NCBI GenBank assembly: GCA_964506305.1
Contig: CAZDKD010000001.1
Coordinates: forward strand, 8,031 to 72,030
Direction: 5' to 3'
Source: an uncultured Candidatus Saccharibacteria bacterium
GTDB taxonomy: Bacteria > Patescibacteriota > Minisyncoccia > Minisyncoccales > GWA2-38-27
DNA: 64,000 nt
The notes under the pieces were generated by a model that was not told where the DNA came from, made no database searches, and saw nothing but the letters and a program-made list of their open reading frames with translations. Shown here piece by piece: positions 1 through 9,033 of the stretch. The translations under genes were made by a program, and so were the position numbers. The stretch's first letter is position 1. Each line of letters opens with the position of its first letter.

Positions 1-2
1 TG

Positions 3-347
3 GAACTTTTTAAAAATCAAAATTTATTTTTTTTTCCTTTAAATCCAATTTTTCTTAATTTGCTGATTGGAGCAGTATTAATACTGCTTCTTTTTTTGTT
101 TTTTAAAACTTTAAAACAAGAAAACTTTTTACTAACAACCGGTTTTTCTCTGATTATTTTAGGAGGGCTGAGTAATTTTTTTGACAGAATTTATTTTGGC
201 TATGTAATCGATTGGCTCAGAATTTTTATTCTTCCTATTTCTATCTTTAATATTGCTGATATAATGATAATAGGAGGGATTATGTGTGTTATATTATTCT
301 TCGGGCAAATTATTTCGGGAGACACGCAGTCAGCCAAAAAGATATAA
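3..347 (+). CDS. lspA: Lipoprotein signal peptidase II (5' truncated by window edge)
   Basis: Motifs GGLSNFFDRIYFGYVIDW and IFNIADIMI; frame open to window start. Confidence 0.9.
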   Translation, partial: ELFKNQNLFFFPLNPIFLNLLIGAVLILLLFLFFKTLKQENFLLTTGFSLIILGGLSNFFDRIYFGYVIDWLRIFILPISIFNIADIMIIGGIMCVILFFGQIISGDTQSAKKI

Positions 348-443
348 TAAGTTATTCTCCGGCTGCTGCTATTTCTCACCGAGCCGTACATCCTTAGAGG
401 AAAATACAATGCTTTTCTGGGGCTCGGTTGCGAAGTGTCTCCC
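317..443. repeat. Branched palindromic element overlapping lspA 3' end
   Basis: GGGAGACAC 317-325 pairs GTGTCTCCC 435-443; inner stems GCAGTCAGCC/GGCTGCTGC and ACCGAGCC/GGCTCGGT. Confidence 0.6.
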
Positions 444-480
444 TTACCAATCTGCCCTCAAATAAATAAGAAATTTTATT

Positions 481-1257
481 ATGATTCCTTATTTTTGCTT
501 TGATAAAATCCAAATAGGCCCGATTACTTTTTATGTCTGGGGAATATTTTTAGCTTTGGCTTTTATAATCGGCTACTTTTTGGTTTTAAGGCAGGTTAAA
601 AAACAAAAAATTAATCCTGATATAATCTATAATTCATTTAGTTGGATAATTTTAGGAGCAATTATTGGCGCCAGGCTGGGTTATATCTTTCAATTCCCAA
701 AATATTATTTTAGCCAGCCCTTAGAAATTTTAAAAATTTGGGAAGGGGGATTAACTTTTCACGGAGGCTTTCTTGGAGTACTGATTACTTCTATTATTTA
801 TGCTAAGTTTGCCAAAATTAGCAAAAGATTATTTTTTCAGATAGCTGATTTAATAGCTTTAGTTCTTCCTATTTCCATTGCTATTGGGAGAATCGGCTGT
901 TCTTTAATCAATGATCATCAGGGAGCTGAAACTTCTTTGCCCTGGGGAATAGTTTGGCCTGACGGTATAGTTCGCCATCCGGTAGCTGAATATTTGATAA
1001 TTAGCGCCTTAATTCTATTTTTTGTTCTAAGGTTTCTGAAACCGAGATTAAAAGAGCCCGGCCGGTTGTTTTTTGCTTTTCTGCTCTTATATTCTATTTC
1101 CCGATTCTTCTTAGATTTTACCCGTTCTACCGGTATTTTATTGTCTGACCCTCGCTATTATTGGTTATCCACAGCTCAATGGTTATCTTTAACTATAATT
1201 TTAGGTATAATTATGAAAGAGCTAATATTCTTAAAAAGCCCTGTAGAGAAAATTTGA
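481..1257 (+). CDS. lgt: Prolipoprotein diacylglyceryl transferase
   Basis: IIGARLGY, IWEGGLTFHGG, AIGRIGC, LPWG, RHP, RFFLDFTR motifs. Confidence 0.95.
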   Translation: MIPYFCFDKIQIGPITFYVWGIFLALAFIIGYFLVLRQVKKQKINPDIIYNSFSWIILGAIIGARLGYIFQFPKYYFSQPLEILKIWEGGLTFHGGFLGVLITSIIYAKFAKISKRLFFQIADLIALVLPISIAIGRIGCSLINDHQGAETSLPWGIVWPDGIVRHPVAEYLIISALILFFVLRFLKPRLKEPGRLFFAFLLLYSISRFFLDFTRSTGILLSDPRYYWLSTAQWLSLTIILGIIMKELIFLKSPVEKI

Positions 1258-1316
1258 CTGCCTTTGGCAAATAGTGTTTTGCTCTGCAAAACACCTGTCA
1301 AAATTCTTCTACGGGG
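1239..1316. repeat. 78-bp element with inverted ends, copy 1
   Basis: CCCTGTAGAGAAAATTTGACTGCCTTT...TGTCAAAATTCTTCTACGGGG; second copy 49538-49615. Confidence 0.8.
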
Positions 1317-1357
1317 AAAGGTCGAAAAATTTGAATAGAAGTTAATATTTTAAATTT

Positions 1358-1816
1358 ATGAAAAAAATAATTTTTGTTGCTTCGGCTTTATTGGTATTAT
1401 CTCTGATTTTAATCGGCGGAGGATGTTTCCAAAAAAGCCCGGAAAGCTTTTATAAAAAAGTTTGCAAGGCTGGCATACCGTTTACCGAAAGAGCGGATGA
1501 TGCCTTTGACACGGGTAGCTCTGGCATATTTGGCGAGGAATACGACGATGATGAAATAGATGATTGTGTTGAAGATATGGTTGAGCAGGAAGAAGATATA
1601 AGGGAAGATTGCGAAGATGATGAAGATGATGATGTATGTGATGAAGTAATTAAGAATTACCGGGTAGCATCGACAAAAATGCTTACTCGCGAAGGATGTA
1701 AAATCATGTTTAGTATGAATTGTATGGGGTATGTGGCAATGAAGGACTTCGATGAAGTTAACGATTGCATGGAAGATGTGGATGAGGTTTGCAATCCTCT
1801 TCCAAAATCGTTTTAG
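1358..1816 (+). CDS. Putative acidic Cys-rich lipoprotein
   Basis: Signal peptide ending LIGGGC (lipobox-like); next to lgt. Confidence 0.7.
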   Translation: MKKIIFVASALLVLSLILIGGGCFQKSPESFYKKVCKAGIPFTERADDAFDTGSSGIFGEEYDDDEIDDCVEDMVEQEEDIREDCEDDEDDDVCDEVIKNYRVASTKMLTREGCKIMFSMNCMGYVAMKDFDEVNDCMEDVDEVCNPLPKSF

Positions 1817-1900
1817 AAGATAAGTTATAAGCAGAGAAATTTTAATTATTATAGACTTGTTTTTGATTAGACCGATCGGGATTAAAGGCCGTTTTAATAA

Positions 1901-2464
1901 ATGCCAAATTTTTGTCCAAGTTGTGGGAATAAAATAGAGCCCGGAGAAGATAAGTTTTGCCCTTCTTGCGGAGCAGAATTACCAGCCCAGCCGGTTTCAT
2001 CGGGAGTGGAAAATCTGAAGAGAGCTTTTGAGGAAATAAGATGCGAGCTTAGCTTAGATGAAATTTTTAACATTTTAGGGTGTGCAAAATCAGTCCTAAT
2101 TAATTGGCGGGAAGCGAGATGGAGCCGGAGGAGGGAAGAGGAATCAATACTTAGAGGGCTGTTTATTCTTACCAGAGAAAACATCTTTTTCTTAATAAAA
2201 GCAATTTGGCCCGGCAAACTGACCAAAAGGGCAATAGAGTCAACCACGATGGTAATCCCTGTTTCCACTATAAGAGAAGTTAAGGCCTCAAAAACTTTAT
2301 TTAGCCGCAAGTTTAAAATAATCAGGATTAAGGGTTTAGTAAAAAAAAGAGGGGCTTTCTTCAGAAAAGAGCGTTGGACCAGAGAGACATTCTACCTTGA
2401 AAATTCAGATCAGTTAGCTAAAGAGATAAGAACCTGCCTCGTTAAACGCTCGACAGAACCTTGA
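1901..2464 (+). CDS. Zinc-ribbon domain protein
   Basis: N-terminal FCPSCG...FCPSCG. Confidence 0.75.
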   Translation: MPNFCPSCGNKIEPGEDKFCPSCGAELPAQPVSSGVENLKRAFEEIRCELSLDEIFNILGCAKSVLINWREARWSRRREEESILRGLFILTRENIFFLIKAIWPGKLTKRAIESTTMVIPVSTIREVKASKTLFSRKFKIIRIKGLVKKRGAFFRKERWTRETFYLENSDQLAKEIRTCLVKRSTEP

Positions 2465-2497
2465 TTCGCTAAAGTGGAGATATATAATCTTGAATTA
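2429..2497 (+). repeat. AGAACC-spacer-AGAACCTTGATTCGCTAA repeat, copy 1 of 5
   Basis: Other copies at 24166, 48383, 49415, 62321. Confidence 0.8.
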
Positions 2498-2525
2498 AAG
2501 TTACTAAATCTAAACATTAAATAAT

Positions 2526-3107
2526 ATGAAAAAACTAAAAATTTTTATTCCAATATTACTTTTAGCGGTTTTGATTTTGACCGGGTTCAGCTGCGGGGAG
2601 GAATCAAAGCGGAAAAAAGATGAAGATGAAGAAAAAGACGAATTGGAGGATTACACTCTTTATAAAAATGAAGAGTGGGATTTTGAGATTTACTACCCCG
2701 AGGATTGGGAAAAAGAGATAGTATTTGATGAGATTGAGGGGATACAAGCGTATTTCACTTCTCCAGAACAAGGGCCAGCAGATGATTTTCAGGAAAGCGT
2801 TTTCTTGATGGTAGGAGAGCCGGATCCTTATACTGATTTTGACGAGTATGCGACAGACACAGTAGCGATGATGGAGGCGGATGAAGCGACGGAAATGATA
2901 AAATTTTCAAAAGAAACGATTAGCGGATACCCAGCTTATAAATTAGTTTATGCTCAATCTTCAGATTGGGGCGAGTATCAGTCTTTGGAGCATTTTCTGA
3001 ATACCGGCGATACATGGGCTTTAATATCTTATACTGCTAAGAAAGACCAGTATTCTGAGTTTTTAGACGAGGTTGAAATAATGGTTGATTCTTTTGAGAT
3101 AAAGTAA
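2526..3107 (+). CDS. PsbP-like lipoprotein
   Basis: LILTGFSC lipobox; YKNEEWDFEIYYPEDW and MVDSFEI PsbP-like motifs. Confidence 0.7.
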   Translation: MKKLKIFIPILLLAVLILTGFSCGEESKRKKDEDEEKDELEDYTLYKNEEWDFEIYYPEDWEKEIVFDEIEGIQAYFTSPEQGPADDFQESVFLMVGEPDPYTDFDEYATDTVAMMEADEATEMIKFSKETISGYPAYKLVYAQSSDWGEYQSLEHFLNTGDTWALISYTAKKDQYSEFLDEVEIMVDSFEIK

Positions 3108-3122
3108 TAATTAAATTTAAAA

Positions 3123-4004
3123 ATGGCAAAGTTTTGTCCTAAATGCGGAAAAGAATTAAAAGTTGGAGTTAAATTTTGTCCTTCTTGTGGAACGACGCTG
3201 AAAGGACAGTTTTTGAAACCTTCTCAAGAGAAGACTAAACAAGCCGAGCAGCCCGAAAAGAGTAAAAAAACCAAACAATCTAAAAAACTCAAAGGAGCCG
3301 AACTTAAAAAAGGGGCAGAGAAATCTATCCAGCCTGTTTCTTCGGCGCCGATTTCGCATTCTGCTCAGCTAGCCCGGCCGATTGCTCCAATCCAGCCAAG
3401 AAAACCAATTACTCCGCCTCGCCCTTCCTACTCTTCTGCGCCCTCGCCGAAAAAGAGCGGCGGTTTGGGTTGCGGAGCCGGATGCGGCATAGGCTGTTTA
3501 GTGGTAGTAATAATTGTCTTGCTAATTTTGGGTACTTTAGTCGGTTTTGGTTATTATTTTCTTTTTGTCAGAGACACGGGAGAAAGCGGAGGTTACTTTG
3601 ATATTGATAAAGATAAGGTCGGAAAAACGGTTAAATGCGGCGATTCTATAGCTTGTTTAGATACAAATCTTAAGGAGTGCGCTCGGGCTAAAGGTAAAAC
3701 AGAGATAGAAGATTTTGCCGAAGTAAGCTTTGAAGTACTGGGACCGAGCGAAGATACCAAAGATTCCTGCGTGGTTTTTGCCGAAGTCGATGAATTAAAA
3801 GGCTCTTTTTCTCAGTTAGAATCTCTTCCTTCTTTTCTCTCGGACAAAATAACAGAAGATTTATCTATAGAATGCCTAATTCCAGAGAAAGTTTATACTG
3901 AGGGAATAGAAAAGACCACAGAATATATTGCTGATAATATGTTTGAAGTTTGCAGGGGAAAAGCTCTTGATTTTTTAAGCAAATATGGAGTTGAAGAATA
4001 TTAA
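3123..4004 (+). CDS. Zinc-ribbon membrane protein
   Basis: FCPKCG..FCPSCG, Pro-rich linker, one TM helix, Cys-containing C-terminal domain. Confidence 0.75.
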   Translation: MAKFCPKCGKELKVGVKFCPSCGTTLKGQFLKPSQEKTKQAEQPEKSKKTKQSKKLKGAELKKGAEKSIQPVSSAPISHSAQLARPIAPIQPRKPITPPRPSYSSAPSPKKSGGLGCGAGCGIGCLVVVIIVLLILGTLVGFGYYFLFVRDTGESGGYFDIDKDKVGKTVKCGDSIACLDTNLKECARAKGKTEIEDFAEVSFEVLGPSEDTKDSCVVFAEVDELKGSFSQLESLPSFLSDKITEDLSIECLIPEKVYTEGIEKTTEYIADNMFEVCRGKALDFLSKYGVEEY

Positions 4005-4057
4005 AAAATACTAAAAAAGGTCGAATTTCGAGATTAATATAAGCCGTAATAATTAAG

Positions 4058-4852
4058 ATGAAAATATTTAATAGAATTGTTTTATCGGTTTTAGTTCTCG
4101 GAGGAGCATTTTTTCTTACCGGTCAGGCTTTAGCAAGTTTAGACCTTATATTTTGTATTGATCTTACCGGCAGTATGTGGGACGATATTGATGAAGTTCA
4201 AAAGGAGGCCTCGGAAATAGTTGACGAAATATCGGAGATTTCAGGTTTCCGAGTAGCTATTGTTGGATATAGAGATTTCTCGGATGATACAATGTTTGAG
4301 GACTATGAATTTTCAGATGATAAAGAAGAAATTTTAGACAACATAGATGATTTAACGGTAAGCGGAGGGGGTGATATGCCCGAAGCTGTTTATGAAGCTC
4401 TGCTCAGAGCTATTAACACGGAGGAAATTGGGAGTTGGAGAGACGGTGTTTCCAAAATGATAATTCTTATGGGAGACGCGCCTCCTCATGAGAAAGGAGA
4501 CGCTGAGGTTTATAAGTATACCTTAGAAGATGTTGCTAAAGCTGCTTATGAAGTAGATCCTGCTAATATTTATTCGATTGTGATAGGAGACGATGAGCTT
4601 ACTGCTGAGAAGTTTGAAGAGCTTTCTGACGAGACGGATGGTGACTTTTTCTTAGCCGCGGAGGCTAAAGACCTACCGGGCGAGATTAAAAAAGCTACCC
4701 AAAAAATAGTAGAGGAAGTAGAAAAAAGAGAGGAGGAAGAGATTGATTGGAAGAAGATTATATTATTTGTGGTCATAGGATTAGGAGTTGCTTTGGTGGT
4801 TTTGATAGTAATTATAGTAGTGGTTGTTATAATCTTGAAAAAGAAGAAATAG
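4058..4852 (+). CDS. vWA domain surface protein
   Basis: MIDAS-like DLTGSM, GGGDMPEA, MGDAPPH; signal peptide and C-terminal TM plus KKKK. Confidence 0.85.
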   Translation: MKIFNRIVLSVLVLGGAFFLTGQALASLDLIFCIDLTGSMWDDIDEVQKEASEIVDEISEISGFRVAIVGYRDFSDDTMFEDYEFSDDKEEILDNIDDLTVSGGGDMPEAVYEALLRAINTEEIGSWRDGVSKMIILMGDAPPHEKGDAEVYKYTLEDVAKAAYEVDPANIYSIVIGDDELTAEKFEELSDETDGDFFLAAEAKDLPGEIKKATQKIVEEVEKREEEEIDWKKIILFVVIGLGVALVVLIVIIVVVVIILKKKK

Positions 4853-4942
4853 AATTTAAATTAAATTCGAAATAATCTAAAAGGTCGTATCTAGCCCGAT
4901 TCTGTGGGGCTAATTAATTAGAGTAGGCTAATCCAAAAATTT

Positions 4943-5455
4943 ATGGATGCACTTCCTTTAATTTTGAGTTTTGTATACGCTTTCTTTTTTCTGATTTTTT
5001 ATGTTTACAATGCAATTTGCTTAATGGCAATAGCTAAAAAGACCGCAGTTTCTAACGGCTGGATGGCTTGGATCCCGATTCTGAATTTATATTTAATGTG
5101 TAGGGTGGCTGGTAAATCTGGTGCTTGGATACTCTTACTTTTACTTCCTGTTATAAATATTATCGCTATTGTTGTTTTATGGATGGCTATTTCTGAGAGA
5201 TGTGGCAAGCCAGGCTGGTGGGGAATATTAATGCTGATTTCGCCGGTGAACTTTATAATAATGGGGGTTTTAGCTTTTTCTAAAAGTCCGGTTGTTCCAA
5301 TGCCGCCTCCGGCGGCAGCTGCTCCATTGCCTTCTCAACCTCAGTCTCAAATTCCCGCTTCCGGACCCGCTGGAGGCAGAAGATTTTGTTCTCAATGCGG
5401 GACGCCGATTGGGCCTGCTGACAGATTTTGCCCAAACTGCGGAGCTAGGATGTAA
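4943..5455 (+). CDS. Membrane protein (DUF5684-like) with C-terminal zinc ribbon
   Basis: GWMAWIPILN; FCSQCG..FCPNCG. Confidence 0.75.
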   Translation: MDALPLILSFVYAFFFLIFYVYNAICLMAIAKKTAVSNGWMAWIPILNLYLMCRVAGKSGAWILLLLLPVINIIAIVVLWMAISERCGKPGWWGILMLISPVNFIIMGVLAFSKSPVVPMPPPAAAAPLPSQPQSQIPASGPAGGRRFCSQCGTPIGPADRFCPNCGARM

Positions 5456-5503
5456 GATAAACAAAAGATCGCCCTTTCGGCGATTTTTTGTTAAAATGTA
5501 TTT

Positions 5504-6187
5504 ATGACATTGTATATCATTGCTACTCCAATAGGAAATCTTAATGACTTGAGTATCCGAGCTCTTAGAATTTTAAAAGAGGTTGATTTAATCTTGTGCG
5601 AGGATACCAGGGTGACTCAGAAGTTATTAGCATATTACAGCATAAGAAGGCCAGTCTTAAGCTATCATCAGCATAGCGGCTTGCAAAAAATAAGCCATAT
5701 TTTAGACCTCTTAAAACAAGGGAAGAATTTAGCTTTAGTTTGTAATGCTGGAACTCCGGGGATTTCTGATCCTGGCAGTAAGTTGATTAGCGAAATTCTT
5801 AAAGACAGCCAGTTAGAGAATATTAGAATTATTCCTATTCCCGGACCATCGGCTGTAATTGCTGCAGCTAGCGTTTCCGGTTTTCCGATGGATAAGTTTA
5901 TTTTTATGGGATTTCCGCCGACAAAAAAGAAAAGAAAGAAATTCTTTGAAGAAGCGGTAAACTCAAAATATCCGGTAATTTTCTACGAATCTCCCCACCG
6001 GATTTTAAAAACTTTGGCTGAGTTGAAAAATGTTTCCCAGAAACTGAAAATTGTTCTCTGCCGGGAACTAACTAAAAAGTTTGAGACAATTTATCGGGGA
6101 AAAATTGAAGAAGTAACTAAAGAATTAAAAAAGGGAGAGATTAGAGGAGAGTTCGTGGTGATTATAGGCGGGGCTTTTCATTCTTGA
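5504..6187 (+). CDS. rsmI: 16S rRNA C1402 2'-O-methyltransferase
   Basis: LYIIATPIGNL, CEDTR, AGTPGISDPG, FYESPHR, RELTKKFE. Confidence 0.97.
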   Translation: MTLYIIATPIGNLNDLSIRALRILKEVDLILCEDTRVTQKLLAYYSIRRPVLSYHQHSGLQKISHILDLLKQGKNLALVCNAGTPGISDPGSKLISEILKDSQLENIRIIPIPGPSAVIAAASVSGFPMDKFIFMGFPPTKKKRKKFFEEAVNSKYPVIFYESPHRILKTLAELKNVSQKLKIVLCRELTKKFETIYRGKIEEVTKELKKGEIRGEFVVIIGGAFHS

Positions 6188-6254
6188 CAATGGAATTTTA
6201 TGCTAAAATATATAAAAAGGTTGTGGATAACTAAATAAGCAATATTTTAAAAAA

Positions 6255-6559
6255 ATGAAAAAGGTTACTTCAATAATAATTCCAATAATAGCCGTAGTTA
6301 TTTTGATTTTGATTATTAGCGGGGTAACTCTCTGGTGATTTTACTCGGCGCAACTTTTTCTGCCACTTATTCTGATATTGGAGAAACCATTTCCGGAACA
6401 GGCAATATAAATCAGAATCCTTCATTTGTCGGCGGCGGGAACTATCATCTCCAGGGCGGTTCTCCTTGTATTAACGCCGGTAATCCGGCTGTCCAGTATA
6501 ATGATACCAACGGTACAAGAAATGATATGGGAGCTTATGGAGGTCCGGGAGGCAGCTAA
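6255..6559 (+). pseudogene. Internally deleted surface-protein gene remnant
   Basis: 27-aa signal-anchor ORF 6255-6338 out of frame with a C-terminal GNINQNPSFV..YHLQGGSPCINAG..DMGAYGG tail. Confidence 0.6.
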
Positions 6560-6688
6560 ACCCCGCACTCTAAATTATTTTTGCTGTAATTTCTTAAATC
6601 AGTCCCGCTTAGCAGCGGGACTGATTTTTATCTGTTATAACTTGACAAATTCTTAAAAGTTGCTAAAAATACATCATAATATATTATT

Positions 6689-7843
6689 ATGAGAAACAAT
6701 ACCAAAATTTCATATTTTTTGAAAATAGGGCTTTTTATTGGAATAATCTTACTGTTCTGCCTATTTGGTTTATTTGTAGTTGCTAAAGGCGACCATCCCT
6801 GCTCTTCTAACTCGCGTTTAGAATATCCCTCTCTTAAGACAATATCTTCGTTTGATGTTTTTTGCGGCTATGTAAAGTGCAGAGGCGAAAAACCTCAATG
6901 GTATTGTCCAAGAGGGGACAATCTTTCCGAGCCTAATAACGGAGGGTCAGAACCCTCGTCAAGTTCTTGCGAGTGTTCTTCAGGGCCATGCTGCGATGGC
7001 TGTGATTATAAGCCATCTACTTCTATCTGCGATTTTAAAATTGAAACTCTATACAGTTGTCCTTGGGGATCAGGCTGCGGGGCAAATGTTGCTAAAAAAA
7101 CCAGAACCAGATTTAAATATTGTTCTGGTAAAAGCGATGAATGTACCGAAGAATGGAGTGGCTGGTCAAACTGGTCCAGCTGGAGAGTTGCTGATAGTTG
7201 TGGGTCCAACGAAGTTTGCCGGACCGGTAATTCCCAATGTCAATATAGCTCAAGTTGTGTGACTTGTACCCCGAAGCCCGAACCTGAATCCTGTTTGGAA
7301 TGCGAAAGCTTTAATGCTCTTATGGTTTCTCTTTCGGCAAAAAAAGAGGAAAATTCCGGAGAGTGGGAAGAAGAGATAAAAGCAAGATCAGGAGAAAAGA
7401 TTACTTTTCTTTTAGTTATAGCTAATAGCAGCCAAGAAGATTTTGATAACATCTCCTTGAAAGTGGAACTTCCTTCAGAAATAATTTACAAGGATGATTT
7501 AAAAATTGGGGAAGAATCTTCCGAAGAAAACATAACCGAAAGTTTTTATATAGATTCTTTATCTGGAGGCGCGATGACGACGGTTGTTTTCAAAGGAGAA
7601 GTGTCTTTAGAGATTGAGGAAGGAGAAAAAAGTGTTACAGCAAGCGCTAATAAAGAAGATTTATCTGTTTCTGATTCAGTTAAAGTTGTTTTTGAAAAAT
7701 CTCCGGAGCCGTCACCGGCCGCTGCCGCTGTTTCTGCTGCCGGTTTTTCACTGGGAGGACTTCTGAAAAAATGGTATTTCTGGGTTTTATTAATCCTTGG
7801 AATAATCGTCGTATTTTATTTTATAATATCCAAAAACAAATAG
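6689..7843 (+). CDS. Cys-rich secreted protein with DUF11-like domain and C-terminal anchor
   Basis: Signal peptide, many Cys, GEKITFLLVIANS motif, terminal TM. Confidence 0.7.
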   Translation: MRNNTKISYFLKIGLFIGIILLFCLFGLFVVAKGDHPCSSNSRLEYPSLKTISSFDVFCGYVKCRGEKPQWYCPRGDNLSEPNNGGSEPSSSSCECSSGPCCDGCDYKPSTSICDFKIETLYSCPWGSGCGANVAKKTRTRFKYCSGKSDECTEEWSGWSNWSSWRVADSCGSNEVCRTGNSQCQYSSSCVTCTPKPEPESCLECESFNALMVSLSAKKEENSGEWEEEIKARSGEKITFLLVIANSSQEDFDNISLKVELPSEIIYKDDLKIGEESSEENITESFYIDSLSGGAMTTVVFKGEVSLEIEEGEKSVTASANKEDLSVSDSVKVVFEKSPEPSPAAAAVSAAGFSLGGLLKKWYFWVLLILGIIVVFYFIISKNK

Positions 7844-7898
7844 TTTTTTCTAAGGAGCAGAAAAACTTAACCCTTCACCTTTGGTTAAAAGTAAAGGG

Positions 7899-7926
7899 TT
7901 GACAGAATTATCTGTTTTGTTAAAAT
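7899..7926 (+). promoter_or_regulatory. sigma70 promoter of T-box leader
   Basis: TTGACA-16-TAAAAT. Confidence 0.7.
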
Positions 7927-7949
7927 TAGAATATCCTTGAAAATTACTA

Positions 7950-8168
7950 AAACCGATGAATCGGGTAGATGGGCCCGATGAGGTGGCTTCTGCGTTAGTG
8001 GAAGCCCGGCTTCCTCCGTAATCAGAGGATAACTGTTAAACCCCGCTTAGCGGGGCGAGTCAGTGAAAGATGCCCCCGCCATGGCGGGGGAATCAGGGTG
8101 GTACCGCGGGAAAACTTCTCGTCCCTGTTGCATAGTTTATCTATGCCTTAGAGACGAGGAGTTTTTTT
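7950..8168 (+). ncRNA. T-box riboswitch leader with ultrashort stem I
   Basis: AGGGTGGTACCGCG 8095-8108 pairing CGTCCCT 8120-8126; competing terminator 8111-8168; CCGTAA stem IIA/B motif; GA-motif stem I at 7952-7984. Confidence 0.88.
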
Positions 8169-8223
8169 AATACTCAAAAATAGTTCTTTAACAAAAATTA
8201 AAATTCAGTTAGGAGGTGTATAA

Positions 8224-8466
8224 ATGTGGAGCGTAGCCCTTTGTCCTAAATGCGGTTTATCTGGAGAATGTTATTGCCGTTGCCTTGGCAGCAGTATTTT
8301 GGATCGTTCTTATGAGTATGTTTTTATCTGTAAAAATTGCGGACATACTAAAACAATTAAAGAAAGCGGAGGATGTTGGAGTGGTCCGTCTACTAAGTGT
8401 CCATTTTGCGGAAAGAATTGTAATGTTCACCAAGAACCGCCGAAAGAATTCAAAGTTTCAAAGTAA
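8224..8466 (+). CDS. Cys-rich small protein with three CxxC pairs
   Basis: SD AGGAGG; CPKC, CKNC, CPFC; 11 Cys in 80 aa. Confidence 0.75.
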   Translation: MWSVALCPKCGLSGECYCRCLGSSILDRSYEYVFICKNCGHTKTIKESGGCWSGPSTKCPFCGKNCNVHQEPPKEFKVSK

Positions 8467-8476
8467 ACTAAAATAA

Positions 8477-8507
8477 AAAAGCCCGTGGTTAATACTTACG
8501 GGCTTTT
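8477..8507. terminator. Bidirectional intrinsic terminator
   Basis: AAAAGCCCGT...ACGGGCTTTT between convergent genes. Confidence 0.75.
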
Positions 8508-8513
8508 ACTTAA

Positions 8514-8849
8514 TTAAGATAATTTTGACTCATCTTTTTTCCTTGACTCTAATTGATCAATCTGCACTCGGCAGGATTCAGAGAGAATGTAGTAGAAAAC
8601 TGCTTGGGCAAACATGTGGTTTAGGCCTTTTTCATCAGCCCATTCTTTTATCTGGCTTAGTCGTTTTTCTTCAATTTCAGGTCTTAGGATTGGTTGTTGA
8701 CCCTGAAGATTTTTACACTCTTCTACTTTTTTAGCTAGATCCATCCTTTCGGCCAAAAGATCAATTATTTGCTTGTCCACTTTTTTGATTCGAATTCCCA
8801 AATCCTCTAAACTTAATCCTTCATCCCTGTTCTCTGTTTTCTTATTCAT
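8514..8849 (-). CDS. Chorismate mutase (AroQ type)
   Basis: IKKVDKQIIDLLAERMDLAKKV..K..PILRPEIE..ESCRVQ. Confidence 0.85.
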   Translation of the reverse strand: MNKKTENRDEGLSLEDLGIRIKKVDKQIIDLLAERMDLAKKVEECKNLQGQQPILRPEIEEKRLSQIKEWADEKGLNHMFAQAVFYYILSESCRVQIDQLESRKKDESKLS

Positions 8850-9033
8850 AATTCACCTCATTTCTTTTTAACTTATTAAAGATCTAATTAATTTCCTTAT
8901 CGAGCTTATATTATTTTGTCTTTTTTGTCAATTATTAAAGTTGACAAATTTTGTTATTATGTTAAAGTTCAGCAGTAAATTGTTTTTTGAAAATTGAATA
9001 ATTAAAAACTAAGTTTAAGAAAAGGAGAACGAA

